Source: a virus
Lineage: Duplodnaviria > Caudoviricetes
DNA length: 53,829 nucleotides
Direction: 5' to 3' (one strand)
IMG/VR virus record: IMGVR_UViG_3300002989_000005
Location: 1-53,829 of that record
Part shown: piece by piece, positions 26,276 through 36,890 of the stretch
Position numbering within the stretch: the first letter of the stretch is position 1
Layout: each line of letters begins with the position of its first letter
Made by a program: the position numbers and the translations under genes
The notes under the pieces: model-generated
The model's database searches: none
What the model was told of the DNA's origin: nothing
What the model saw: only the letters and a program-made list of their open reading frames with translations

Positions 26276-27226
26276 CTAAACAAGTGTCTCTTTAATATTT
26301 ACTTTTAATGTTACATACTTATTATCCATGATAAACAAATCATGATATTTACGATAATCTAATTTCCAAGCTACTGCATTTTGGTTTGTGTTAGGATCAA
26401 AAATTCTCATTGTATCTGTCTTGCATACAGCAATAGCAGTATTTTGCGCCATGATGATCCAGTTTATATTTTTTGCATCTACAGCTGGCGTAAATCCAAA
26501 GTTAGTAGAACCATCTGCAAATACATAAGCGGTTTTCATTAGTGCACTTGGAACCTCAATTATTGGGCATTTATCAATTTTAGTTACTTCAAGATCAAGA
26601 TTTGCACCAGTTGTCATAGTACCAGGTTGCATGCAGCATAATCCACCAACTTGTAACTGTTTAGTAATTTCAGAACTATTTTCTAAAACATTGAGTGTAA
26701 GAATTGACATTACTACTAATAGTTGTACACCAGTTCCAATTACATCCTGAACTGATGCAATATCCGCTCTTATTCTAGTAAGAATATCAGCTATTACTGG
26801 AGTATATCCATAACTAACACAATTACCAGCCTTTGCTATAGCTAATGTTGCAATTTTACTAAGCCTAAAAGCATCAACTTCTGGAATAACTTTTACCCTT
26901 TGAAATTCTCCCATTAGGTTACTAGCTGAAGCTACAAAATTTGTTTCATTTACATCTTGAGCGTCTAAAGTAAAGCTAGTTGCACGATCTTGTCCCATAA
27001 CAAATGGTTCAAACTCTAGTGATGCAGCGCCATTTTTAAATCCTGTAGTTCTATCATAGTCTCCCAATCCATCCATATTTAGTTTGGGAACACGGACCGT
27101 CTTTCCTCCATTATAGCTTACTAATCCGGCATTACCTTCCATAAATCCTGTAACTGCTCCGGCTACTACTTGTTTATCTAATTCCTGTTGAAATAATTCT
27201 GCATATGCTAATACGTTTACTGGCAT
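26276..27226 (-). CDS. Major capsid protein
   Basis: GGKTV.VP.....GLGDYDR, QDR...F.LD..DV.ETN, VIPEVDAFR, YRKYHDLF. Confidence 0.9.
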   Translation of the reverse strand: MPVNVLAYAELFQQELDKQVVAGAVTGFMEGNAGLVSYNGGKTVRVPKLNMDGLGDYDRTTGFKNGAASLEFEPFVMGQDRATSFTLDAQDVNETNFVASASNLMGEFQRVKVIPEVDAFRLSKIATLAIAKAGNCVSYGYTPVIADILTRIRADIASVQDVIGTGVQLLVVMSILTLNVLENSSEITKQLQVGGLCCMQPGTMTTGANLDLEVTKIDKCPIIEVPSALMKTAYVFADGSTNFGFTPAVDAKNINWIIMAQNTAIAVCKTDTMRIFDPNTNQNAVAWKLDYRKYHDLFIMDNKYVTLKVNIKETLV

Positions 27227-27278
27227 TTATATTACCTCTTTCTTTTTATAAAGTGCTTTTTAAGGAAGCCTGAAACCT

Positions 27279-27899
27279 TTATTTCATCCACTTTGCAATA
27301 TCTGCCCTTATTTTTTCATCCCCTGTTAAAGTTGTTGTTTTATCAGGAGGAGTATAACTATTACCTTTTGCAAATTCTAATTTAATTGCTTCATCATGTG
27401 CAGCCATAGTTGCCATTAATTTCTCTAAATTTTTATCTGTTGTTTCTTGATCTTCACCAATAAAATATCCAACTAAATCGGCTGGAAGTTTTTTCTCAGA
27501 TGCATACTGTAAAGCCTTATTAGTAAGGTCCTTATGTGCGCTATCAGCTAACATTTTAGCAATGGTGGCATTAGTTACAGCATTCGCTTTCTCCTGCTCT
27601 GATTTATATTTCGCGAACTCAACATCTTTAGGATCCGCTTTTGGGAATCTCTTTGTAACTTCATCATCAACTAGTTTTGTTAAATTATTAGTTTTCCAAG
27701 TTTCTAAGCCTTTTGTTGAATGTTTATCTTTTTCCGAATCCATGAAACTTTTAAAATCTACATTAGTATTTGTTAAACCTTTAAATACCTCTAAAGTCGG
27801 TTGGACCTTTAAACTATCCATATAGGTTTTTACTTCATTTCCCTCTACATTGTTAGTTGTTAAATATTCTTGTACCTCTGCAAAATTTTCTATTGGCAT
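27279..27899 (-). CDS. Capsid scaffolding protein (DUF4355-like)
   Basis: Charged helical protein immediately upstream of the capsid gene. Confidence 0.8.
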   Translation of the reverse strand: MPIENFAEVQEYLTTNNVEGNEVKTYMDSLKVQPTLEVFKGLTNTNVDFKSFMDSEKDKHSTKGLETWKTNNLTKLVDDEVTKRFPKADPKDVEFAKYKSEQEKANAVTNATIAKMLADSAHKDLTNKALQYASEKKLPADLVGYFIGEDQETTDKNLEKLMATMAAHDEAIKLEFAKGNSYTPPDKTTTLTGDEKIRADIAKWMK

Positions 27900-27996
27900 A
27901 TTAATAACTCCTTTTGCCCCTATGGACTTCTTTTACAAACCCTAGACGCATTTTATTTTTGGGTATAATAAAAACACCTATAATTAAATAAGTGCT

Positions 27997-28371
27997 TTAT
28001 TTATTATTTGTTCCTAAAACTTCTCTTTCGATTCTGTCCTCTACTCTCCTATTCATCCACATTAAAGCTTCTTCAACATGCGTTAGTGCAACCGTATTAT
28101 CCCTTGATGCAAATGCACCCTTTTGAAAACATTGTAGCCTATGTCTTACTATTTCAAGCAGATCAGTGTCAAGCACACCATGTATTGAACCTTCTAATTT
28201 TCTGGCACCATTTTGAAGTTGAATTTCTGTGTGAAAAACCTTTGCTTCAATTGAATCCTTATCGATACTAGATATTAAATATTTGTGGTTAGCACCACCT
28301 GCACCTTTTTCATCTATTGCATATACATTGTTTAATTTTTCTCTTTTTTGCATTGTTGATAAATGTAACAT
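27997..28371 (-). CDS. tad1: Tad1 anti-Thoeris signal-sponge protein
   Basis: [69 protein letters not shown] match the Clostridium botulinum prophage Tad1 sequence as I recall it. Confidence 0.88.
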   Translation of the reverse strand: MLHLSTMQKREKLNNVYAIDEKGAGGANHKYLISSIDKDSIEAKVFHTEIQLQNGARKLEGSIHGVLDTDLLEIVRHRLQCFQKGAFASRDNTVALTHVEEALMWMNRRVEDRIEREVLGTNNK

Positions 28372-28432
28372 TACATCACGCCTTTCTTATTTTTGGGTAT
28401 AAAAATAACTACTAACATAAGTTAATAGTTTC

Positions 28433-28576
28433 TTATTTTAATTCATATTGCTTTATTGAAAAACATTTACCAAACCACATATTCCATATTGATACATACT
28501 TTTTATCGTCTTGGCCATAAGTAGTATCATACTTAAGAGGTAATAATTGTTTTAAATACCATAATAGCTTATTCAT
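28433..28576 (-). CDS. 47-aa aromatic-rich hypothetical protein (not in ORF track)
   Basis: AAAGGTGGG RBS; MNKLLWYLKQLLPLKYDTTY...VSIWNMWFGKCF. Confidence 0.7.
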   Translation of the reverse strand: MNKLLWYLKQLLPLKYDTTYGQDDKKYVSIWNMWFGKCFSIKQYELK

Positions 28577-28629
28577 ATCATTCCCACCTTTCTTATTTTT
28601 GGATATAAAAAAAGTACCCTTTACGGATA

Positions 28630-29052
28630 CTAAGTAACTTTATTTAATTTCTTTTGCTCTTTAGCTAATTTTCTAGCAGTTGACTCATCTTTTACCTTTT
28701 GCATTGATGCATGAAGTTTAGCTTTAGCTTCTACATTCTTTAACTCTGCGGCAGCTCTTTTAGAACCGGATATAATTTTTGCTGCTTTAGCTTTCTCATT
28801 CATATTAAGGACCTTATTATCCCATTGTTCTTCTTTTGATATAACTGGTATACCATCTACTGAAATAATATTCTCTCTTTTATTTTCTAAATGATTTCCA
28901 CCACATATAGGGCAAACTTTTTTCTTTCCAAATATAAAATAGAAAATATAGACAACTCCACCAACTAACCATAAACAATTGACTAAAAACCATCCTATAC
29001 TAAACTTCTTAGCTGGCATTACATTTTGATTACAACTTTCGCAATATTTCAT
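28630..29052 (-). CDS. Zn-ribbon membrane moron protein
   Basis: CxxC, hydrophobic hairpin, CxxC (LITAF-like layout), basic coiled-coil tail. Confidence 0.75.
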   Translation of the reverse strand: MKYCESCNQNVMPAKKFSIGWFLVNCLWLVGGVVYIFYFIFGKKKVCPICGGNHLENKRENIISVDGIPVISKEEQWDNKVLNMNEKAKAAKIISGSKRAAAELKNVEAKAKLHASMQKVKDESTARKLAKEQKKLNKVT

Positions 29053-29113
29053 AACAACATCACCTTTCCATATATTACTAAAAGTATATCATATGTTACG
29101 CATGATGTAATTA

Positions 29114-29983
29114 TTAATTTATATTTTTATTTTTCAACCAATCTGCATAATTAGTATAATCAATTAAACTTTTGGTTTCATTATCCTTACGCTGGGTAGG
29201 TGTCCATCCCTCATAAGGTATATTTATAAGGCAACATCTACAATTTGGATGTAATGGTGGTTCTGGATGGTCTTCATCTATTCCCCAAACAATTCCATCT
29301 AAGTCAGCATCTTCAGGAGCAGTAAGCATATCTAAAGTAGCTGACCACATTACTTGCTTAACGCCTGTGCTTTTACCAATATCATAACTAGCTTTGTTGT
29401 GTACTCTTGCATTTTCAGTATTAACTAACCTTTGACTCTGATAAGCGGTAACGTTAAAAGTGTTTTTAATTTCCCTCGCTACTTTATCAATTGTTGTTTT
29501 ACCTTGCATAGCATCAGTTAAACTAGCCTGTAATTTATCAATCATATCGGCTTTATTTTTCCAAATTCTATCAGAAAATAACTCGCCTTTATACTTTGCA
29601 TTTACTGCACTATCAACAAATTCTTTTTTTAAAATATCAAACTTTAAATCAGTTTTAAACCCTGAATCTATAACATAAGCATTTTTATAATAAGTATCTT
29701 TAAAAACATTTTCCAATATGTCAGTAACTTTATTTACTTCATCAGTGCCTAACTTTTTTCCCATATCCTTTAGTATTGTTTTGACCCCTATATCAGCTTT
29801 CTGCAAAGCATCCATTTTCAATAATCCATCCATACCATATTCAATAAAGATTGTTCCCAATAAAATATTTAAGGTATCTAATTCAGATTTTTGTGCTGCA
29901 TATACTGGCTTCATTTCTTCATCAGTATAGGCTTCACTATCAATCTTGATTTGTTCTATCATTTTACGATATTCTTCGTTCAT
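29114..29983 (-). CDS. Minor head protein (SPP1 gp7 / Mu gpF-like)
   Basis: FSDRIW.N, RLV.TE.AR, ATLD..T, PPLHPNCRC. Confidence 0.9.
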   Translation of the reverse strand: MNEEYRKMIEQIKIDSEAYTDEEMKPVYAAQKSELDTLNILLGTIFIEYGMDGLLKMDALQKADIGVKTILKDMGKKLGTDEVNKVTDILENVFKDTYYKNAYVIDSGFKTDLKFDILKKEFVDSAVNAKYKGELFSDRIWKNKADMIDKLQASLTDAMQGKTTIDKVAREIKNTFNVTAYQSQRLVNTENARVHNKASYDIGKSTGVKQVMWSATLDMLTAPEDADLDGIVWGIDEDHPEPPLHPNCRCCLINIPYEGWTPTQRKDNETKSLIDYTNYADWLKNKNIN

Positions 29984-31374
29984 TACTTAATCACCACCAA
30001 TGGATCAACCACTACAGGAGGATTTAATAAACTATTACCAATACTATTAACTTTAGTTTCAGCAGCTATCTTTTTTAATTCTTCTTTTGCATTATCTACA
30101 AAGCTCAATTGAGCAACTGCAGTTTCTGTACTTAATTTAGGACCAAGTTGTGCTATCATCTGCGCTGCTATGAAATCGTCACTTGGAATATTAGGTGTAT
30201 ATTTTATTTTTATATCCTTATAATCATATTTTGTACTTTTTAAATTATTAAAAAAATAAAATAACAAACGAATCCTTTTTTTAATGCAATTAGACAAAGC
30301 CCTCTGATTAAGCTTGCATTTTTCTTCCAGTGAAATTAATTTAGCCCTTAAAGCCAGTGAACTCGTATTTGAAGTAGCCTTTTCATTGGTATCAATGTGT
30401 GCAGCAATCTTATACATTAGTTTCTCTAAGGTTGTTAAAGTATTTTGAATAAAAACATCATTAATTTCTTTAACCAACCACTTTGCATCACCATCACCTT
30501 TAAATTGAATAATTCCTGATTTCTTCATTTTAGGTAAGTCTGTTTCATCTACCTGAGCATTTTTAAAAGCAAGATAAGCATTTCTAAACTCTGTTATCTC
30601 CTGTGAAATATCGCTTAAATTAGTTTCGTACGCGTCCTGTAAAGTTTTTATGTCATGATATACTGAATCCAACCAACCTTCTTCGCTTAAATCAGCGATT
30701 CCCACAGGAACTTCTCCAAATAAATGTGATTGTCTTGGACTTCCAACTATCTCTGTAAATGTTTCATCACAGTGTATTATTTCACTATCGGTATAAATAT
30801 CAATATACATTTTAGGATCAAATTTATCTCTAAATATATGCAAGAAAAATATTATATCCCCACAGTTATCAGTAAATGCAAACCCATGACGAGGTGAAAT
30901 TACTCTACTGCAAAAATCAGCATTCTTATCTAAGTAATATAATTCATAGGCAGTAGAATATATAAGCATATTCTTAGCTAGGTTAGAATCATGGTCTTCC
31001 TTCCAGTGTGCCAGATTATACTTCAAAGTATCAACTATATTATCATCACTGGATCTACTTATATAGGTAATATCATTCCCTACTGAGTAACTAACTTCTT
31101 CTTTTATAAATCGTTTAACGAAATTAGTATTAATTCTATTATTAAATCTATCATTAACAAAATTATAATTTCCAGCACCTTCAGCATCAATAAAATTATC
31201 AATCATAGGATCATCAAAAGCGCCACCTTGTGTGGCATTAAAAGATTTTCCAGTATCAGTTATACCGCAATAGTAATAATACATTTTTTGATATATATGC
31301 CACTGCATTTGGAATCTAGCAAATACCTTTTCCAGTATTTCTTTATTCGATATTAAATCAAACAATTTTATCAC
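29983..31374 (-). CDS. Portal protein (SPP1 gp6-like)
   Basis: H.FG.VP, L.DAY....SD...EI..FRNAY, WL.K.IND, S..ALR.KL. Confidence 0.9.
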   Translation of the reverse strand: MIKLFDLISNKEILEKVFARFQMQWHIYQKMYYYYCGITDTGKSFNATQGGAFDDPMIDNFIDAEGAGNYNFVNDRFNNRINTNFVKRFIKEEVSYSVGNDITYISRSSDDNIVDTLKYNLAHWKEDHDSNLAKNMLIYSTAYELYYLDKNADFCSRVISPRHGFAFTDNCGDIIFFLHIFRDKFDPKMYIDIYTDSEIIHCDETFTEIVGSPRQSHLFGEVPVGIADLSEEGWLDSVYHDIKTLQDAYETNLSDISQEITEFRNAYLAFKNAQVDETDLPKMKKSGIIQFKGDGDAKWLVKEINDVFIQNTLTTLEKLMYKIAAHIDTNEKATSNTSSLALRAKLISLEEKCKLNQRALSNCIKKRIRLLFYFFNNLKSTKYDYKDIKIKYTPNIPSDDFIAAQMIAQLGPKLSTETAVAQLSFVDNAKEELKKIAAETKVNSIGNSLLNPPVVVDPLVVIK

Positions 31375-31398
31375 TTCCTTTCTACTGACCTATAATAG

Positions 31399-31623
31399 TT
31401 ATATTCTTTTTAATCCGAATTCCTTTAGACGTTCATCTGTGAGAATGCTAAAATCTAATCCATCCGTATAAAATAAAGCCTTGCACCTAAATGCTCCTCT
31501 AAGGCTATCAGCTATATTTTGCATCTCATCCTCGCATATTGGTTGCGAACATTTAATAAAAATAATATCATTTTCTTTAGGACTTAATTTATCTACTTGA
31601 ATTTTAATTTGATTATCTAGCAT
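31399..31623 (-). CDS. Hypothetical protein
   Basis: GGAGG RBS, start MLDNQ; between terL and portal. Confidence 0.7.
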   Translation of the reverse strand: MLDNQIKIQVDKLSPKENDIIFIKCSQPICEDEMQNIADSLRGAFRCKALFYTDGLDFSILTDERLKEFGLKRI

Positions 31624-31627
31624 TTTA

Positions 31628-33340
31628 TTACCTCCCAAACAATTTATTTTTATCCATAAAACTAACTTTATATATTACTTTAATATCATTTATTCTATTA
31701 GAAAATTCTGCGGTTATATCCGGTGCATCATCATGTTCTGAGAAATTCTGTCCCGCAAAATCCATTATTTGATTTTGGAAGGGAACATCTTCAGAGTTAA
31801 ATATAATACGACCATTATTAACATCAGAAACTATAGTATTAATTTTTTCGTCTTTGTTCTTTTGCTGCATTTCATTAACATAAGTGAAATCTCTTAGCTT
31901 AAGGACCTCATCCAAAGCTATTAATTCTTTTATTTTAACTACATCAGCCCCACTATAGGTATTTTTTTCAATACATATATGTGTTATATCCGTATAATCA
32001 GTTAAAAGTTTAAGTGTATGTTTCATATACCCATCAAACTCAACTTTTAATATTTCACCTTTACGAACATACTTAAAATTATTATCAGCTAAAGAACCAA
32101 CTAAGAACCCATAAAAATCTTCTTTTTTCTTATTCTTATTATCAGTTCCAGCGGGATCCATACAAAGCATAGTTTTAATAAATGTATGGTCCTCAATTTC
32201 TATAGGTGTTTGAGTTACTATGGATTTAAAGTTTTTAATACCAATTTTACTGGCATCATTTTGTAATTCTTGTTTAAATCCAATTTCATCAGTATAATAA
32301 TCTATTGCCAACTTCGCACAATTCCATTTATCAGGCCATGAAATAGGATATTGCATTTCAGATTCATGTTGATAATAAAACTCTATTGCCGCTGCTTTGG
32401 AATCTTCATATATATCACTAAAATATATTTTCTTGAACTTTTCCCATAATCCTGTGGTATAAAGTTTATCTATATCATCAACTAGGACTGCTTTTCTAAC
32501 AATAGATGTATACTCCTTATTTTTAAGAATCCGAGACATAAAACAATCGCGGTGAAGAATAGTTCCTAATACTATAAATTTTGTGGCCATTTTGATTTTT
32601 ACACCATCACGATAAACAGCCTCATCACCCGCAAACTTTGCATCATCCTGCCACGTTCTATATTTCTTTTCTCTTGATTCAAAAGTTATAATATCTGACT
32701 TACCTTGATAATCATCAGCTATAATACAAAATGGCCTATCATTTTTATACTTTTTACCACGGATAGAAGAGGTAGACGATATTGCCTGTATCTTTGTATG
32801 ATTAGTAAGCTCAAGTTCTAATTTATTTACAGTATAATTTCTTGTATCTATTAATTTTCCAAAACCTTTTATAATATATTGATTTTCCTCAAATGCTTGC
32901 CTTGTTGTTGCTATAAAGTCAGTGGCATCCTGTTCGACCTTACCACATACGAGTGTGTAGGGCGATATTTCATAAGCATGAAGCCAAGTAGATACTGCAA
33001 AATCTAATATTGTAGTTTTTGCACTTCCTCTAGGCTCTGCAGCTGCAAACTTATCAAACTCATCCGTTATGAATATTCTTTCAGCCTGCTCCCATAACTC
33101 GTAATGTATTGGCGCCAATTTTCTAGCAACATTACCAGGCTTAGGTGTAAATGTGTCCTGAAGAAAGTATTTGCAGAAAAATGCTACTGACCGCTTACCT
33201 ACTGACCAGGCTAGACCATGAAACCCAAATAGATTATTATTATTTTCATGCATCAATTCGCTAGCTCTAATAGAACCATATAATTTTTTTAAGTATTGGA
33301 ACAGTAGTCTCCTATTTTCTTTACTTTCATCATAATCCAT
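31628..33340 (-). CDS. terL: Terminase large subunit
   Basis: PRGSAKT Walker A, IIADD, GTILH, F.QE.QN, MDPA, HDDAPD. Confidence 0.93.
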   Translation of the reverse strand: MDYDESKENRRLLFQYLKKLYGSIRASELMHENNNNLFGFHGLAWSVGKRSVAFFCKYFLQDTFTPKPGNVARKLAPIHYELWEQAERIFITDEFDKFAAAEPRGSAKTTILDFAVSTWLHAYEISPYTLVCGKVEQDATDFIATTRQAFEENQYIIKGFGKLIDTRNYTVNKLELELTNHTKIQAISSTSSIRGKKYKNDRPFCIIADDYQGKSDIITFESREKKYRTWQDDAKFAGDEAVYRDGVKIKMATKFIVLGTILHRDCFMSRILKNKEYTSIVRKAVLVDDIDKLYTTGLWEKFKKIYFSDIYEDSKAAAIEFYYQHESEMQYPISWPDKWNCAKLAIDYYTDEIGFKQELQNDASKIGIKNFKSIVTQTPIEIEDHTFIKTMLCMDPAGTDNKNKKKEDFYGFLVGSLADNNFKYVRKGEILKVEFDGYMKHTLKLLTDYTDITHICIEKNTYSGADVVKIKELIALDEVLKLRDFTYVNEMQQKNKDEKINTIVSDVNNGRIIFNSEDVPFQNQIMDFAGQNFSEHDDAPDITAEFSNRINDIKVIYKVSFMDKNKLFGR

Positions 33341-33675
33341 TTTGTCACCTACCCTAGTTGGTTATTTAAGTAATATCCATAAGTTAATTTTCATATAAAT
33401 TAAGTCTCCGGAGATAATTTACACAAAGGAGAGTGGATATACAAATGATAAATCGCTGTAAGCCTATATCTTGGGAACTTCAAGAAATAAGAGTTATGCT
33501 ATTCCCCCCATTTATAATCTTTACTATTAAGAAAAAAATGAAGAAATAGTTTAACCCAAGTAAAAAGTTTTAATATTTGCTTGCATTGAAATTTAACATT
33601 TATTAAGATGCCTTTTATTAGGTGTCTTATTTCCATCCATAAAAAAGGAGCCCATTTAAGAGCTCTTCATTTCCG

Positions 33676-34233
33676 TTACTTATACAAGCTAATTACCACT
33701 GCAATTAATGATATTACCAAAGCACCGCATGATACAAAAAGTGCATGCCTTTGATATTTCACCTCTGGTTTCTCTTGTCTTTCTTTTACACCCAATTTAA
33801 ATATCCTTGTCTCATTTTTTATATATTCCCCTGTGCTCACTAATATATCTTGTTTTAAATCCTCAGGTAATATCTTTAACTTAGTGTAAAATTCCATCCT
33901 ACCAGTAATAAGTTGTTTGAAATACTCATTATTGAATAAATCGATGGATTTACTAATTGATTCGCACATAATGTCTACTTCAGAAATTCTATACCGTATG
34001 TTCATCTCATCCTGTTTTTTATACAATTCACTAAATGTGTATTTTATAAATTTTTCAACTTCGTCTTTATAGAATTCATTCAATTTTTATAGTAAAGCTT
34101 TGTTACGTGTTCCATTTACCAGAAAATCACCCAGATTAGGAACTATAGATTTTATCACAGATATATTGAATTTCTTTTTTTCATCTTCAATTTTTTTATT
34201 AGCAATCTCTATAATATTTTTACTCTTTCTCAA
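33676..34233 (-). pseudogene. Moron with C-terminal TM interrupted by an in-frame stop
   Basis: GGGGG RBS and TTG at 34233; frame continuous with the 135-aa ORF except for TAA at 34087-34089. Confidence 0.65.
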
Positions 34234-34314
34234 TTTGTAACCCCCATTCCATATACTTGTTTCTATACAAAATGAGTGTTTCCTCTATTTATCGTACAAA
34301 TTAAAACAGATATA

Positions 34315-34506
34315 TTATCTCCTCTGAGTTAATGCCCCTTTATGTCTTATATAACTAGGGTGCTTCATACAATCATTCATATTAAATGAATTATCTAATA
34401 TAAAATCAAGTTCCTCGCAACCACGTTCCTTATTACATTTGTTGCAAGGAGGACAAGTGCAAACAATCTTTCCATCTTTCCACTGCGTATATAATGTTAT
34501 TTTCAT
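34315..34506 (-). CDS. Small Cys-rich hypothetical protein
   Basis: CTCPPCNKC; GGGGTGG RBS. Confidence 0.65.
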   Translation of the reverse strand: MKITLYTQWKDGKIVCTCPPCNKCNKERGCEELDFILDNSFNMNDCMKHPSYIRHKGALTQRR

Positions 34507-34518
34507 ATACCACCCCGC

Positions 34519-34680
34519 CTAATTAATTTTCTTTGGATATAGGATTTTTCCAATTTCACATATTTGATTAATAACAAAGGTCATAATTTTATTTTTTAAA
34601 AAGCGAGGTAACAGACTAATCTTTTTTACTGTATATACTGTTAGCCTTAATACTGCAATTCTTATTCTTAAAACTGACAT
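34519..34680 (-). CDS. 53-aa basic hypothetical protein (not in ORF track)
   Basis: GGTGGTGA RBS; MSVLRIRIAVLRL...; fills the operon gap. Confidence 0.5.
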   Translation of the reverse strand: MSVLRIRIAVLRLTVYTVKKISLLPRFLKNKIMTFVINQICEIGKILYPKKIN

Positions 34681-34696
34681 AGCTTTCACCACCAAA

Positions 34697-34891
34697 TCAT
34701 TTAATAGATTTTCTTATATTAACAAATGTTTGTATAGCTCCTTGAATGTCCTTTGCCATTTTATCAATATGTTCAGGGGTACTCATTTCATCAAGTGTCT
34801 CTTTAAATGCTTGCTTGAGTTCTGGATTCTTAGCAAATATCTTTCTTATGTTTTCCTTGGATTGTTCCAACTCAGCTTTTTTATCTATCAT
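34697..34891 (-). CDS. Hypothetical protein
   Basis: AGGTGA RBS; 64 aa. Confidence 0.65.
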   Translation of the reverse strand: MIDKKAELEQSKENIRKIFAKNPELKQAFKETLDEMSTPEHIDKMAKDIQGAIQTFVNIRKSIK

Positions 34892-35204
34892 ATTCTCACC
34901 TGCCTTGAAAAAATATAAAAAAATAATTTATGTGATTCCCTTTTAGACTTAAAAAATATTATAAATAATTGTATAGCCTAACCCCAGGGATTTCAGAAAT
35001 TCCCAAAATAGAAGGGTACCCCTATACTCACTCTAAATATGAATAAACTATTAATGTCGTGAAATAAACCTTTAACGACATTATTACTTATGCTCTAACG
35101 TAGTCATATAGCCATTCGTTCAATATACGCTAACTATTAATGACATTACTTGCTATATATGTTAACAATGTATTAACAAACTATATATAAACTATTAACA
35201 AATG

Positions 35205-35594
35205 CTATTCTTCATCAAACTCTTTAAGTTCTTTGTCCAATACATCCACTGTTACGTTGTCCTTAGGGTCTCTGCCATCATTGATTTCTATTTTAGTAGC
35301 ATTACTATGTGACTTATCAAGTATCTTTGAAGAGGCATCAAACCGTATCTTCTCATTGCTTGAGTACATTAGTTTCTGTAATGTATTTAATGCTTTAACA
35401 GATAGGTAAGATATCATACTCTTACCTTGAGTTAAAAACTCTTGTTGACACTTGCCCACCTCAGCCTTAAACTCTTCTAATTCTATCCATTTATAAATGG
35501 TATTTCTAGTAACTCCTGCTTTCCTTGCCATCTGGCTAATATTCCCACCTGTAGACTTACACAGTACTGCTTTAATCTGTCTCTCATCCAACAT
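35205..35594 (-). CDS. terS: Terminase small subunit (HTH)
   Basis: LDERQ..A...A...GV.RNTIYKW....EF; first gene of the late operon. Confidence 0.75.
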   Translation of the reverse strand: MLDERQIKAVLCKSTGGNISQMARKAGVTRNTIYKWIELEEFKAEVGKCQQEFLTQGKSMISYLSVKALNTLQKLMYSSNEKIRFDASSKILDKSHSNATKIEINDGRDPKDNVTVDVLDKELKEFDEE

Positions 35595-35731
35595 CTAATC
35601 ACCTCCTATATAGTAAACACTACGCATAAAAAGGACACCAGTTGTCCACCAGTGCCCTTTGATTAACTATTTATTGTTATATACTCTATTATACACTATA
35701 TACTGTCAAATCTACTGCCATATTTATGCCA

Positions 35732-36172
35732 TTATTTTATAGCATTTATTCCGTGTAATTGAATTGCAAATGTTCTAATAGCTTGGGTCTTAGCTCTGTA
35801 AAATGTTCTTTCACTACAGAAAGTATGTTTAAATAATGTTTCCTCTCTATAACCTAATATATAATAAGCTCTTAATATTCTCTCATCATTACTTGGAAGT
35901 CTAGCCATTACCTCATCCATTTTCTTAATTATCTTTTTAGTTAGAAAATACTCTTTTTTCTTTACTTGGAACATATACATCTTATTTATTAATTTATCAT
36001 CAGGTAACTGAGAACTGTCTCCTTTTGGCATATCTGAATATTCAATAGCTTTCATTTGACCTGCATTTAGTTCTGCATTAATTTCTCTTATATCCATTTC
36101 AAGATTTATCAATGATGTTTTAAGATTATTGTAATTAATTAAAAAGTCTACAGCCTCTCTTATATAATCCAA
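35732..36172 (-). CDS. RinA/ArpU-like late transcriptional activator
   Basis: L...D..IL..YY...SERTFYR.K..AI..FA; last early gene, upstream of terS. Confidence 0.8.
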   Translation of the reverse strand: MDYIREAVDFLINYNNLKTSLINLEMDIREINAELNAGQMKAIEYSDMPKGDSSQLPDDKLINKMYMFQVKKKEYFLTKKIIKKMDEVMARLPSNDERILRAYYILGYREETLFKHTFCSERTFYRAKTQAIRTFAIQLHGINAIK

Positions 36173-36373
36173 ATTTATCCTCCTTAGCTTCTTAATTTAT
36201 TTTAATTTTTCAATACGTTCCTGAATCATTTTTTTCTCTGCCTCTAGTTGAGCTTTTAGTGTCCATTTCTTTTGGTTAACAGCATTTCTGATATTTATAT
36301 TAAGCTGATCTATTCTACCTAAGTACATGTCCTTAACATCTATTCTCATATAAATTACCTCCATTTTAGGTCC

Positions 36374-36620
36374 GTGTATACTTGTGTATGTTTTTGTGTA
36401 GCCTTTTTGGGGCTATCACTGGTCTGTGTATACTTGTGTATGTTTTTTGCCTATTGTATATATATATACGTATTACATATACATATACTTACATATATTA
36501 TTACTTGTATGTACTTTACCCTTAAAAGTATACACAAGTATACACGATATAGAGATACCAACACTTTGAAGGCTATAAAACATACACAAAAGCATACACT
36601 AACTATACACAACTATACAT
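36374..36620. repeat. Probable replication origin with inverted iterons
   Basis: GTGTATACTTGTGTATGTTTTT at 36374 and 36426; inverted ATACAC units at 36529-36620; AT-rich (TA)n centre. Confidence 0.75.
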
Positions 36621-36890
36621 TTATTTTTACTATTTTATTTAATAATGTAATATATAAACATTTTAGATATATTTAACATATTCCGATAAATGGTAATAAT
36701 TTTAATTTTCTTTACTCACGCACCTAATTATTTCCTTTTATCCATTACAATATTTTCAATAATTATTACTTTTATTCTCTTCACCATATAATCATTTGGT
36801 GATTTTTTAGCTATTTTTGTGATATAAATATCCATTTTGATGATTTTATAGCCATTATCGTGATATTATATATCATTTTTGTAATCCGTA

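Noticed and set aside
36374-36676. 100-aa + strand ORF
   Set aside because: Translation of the iteron repeats; C/Y/T-biased with no RBS.
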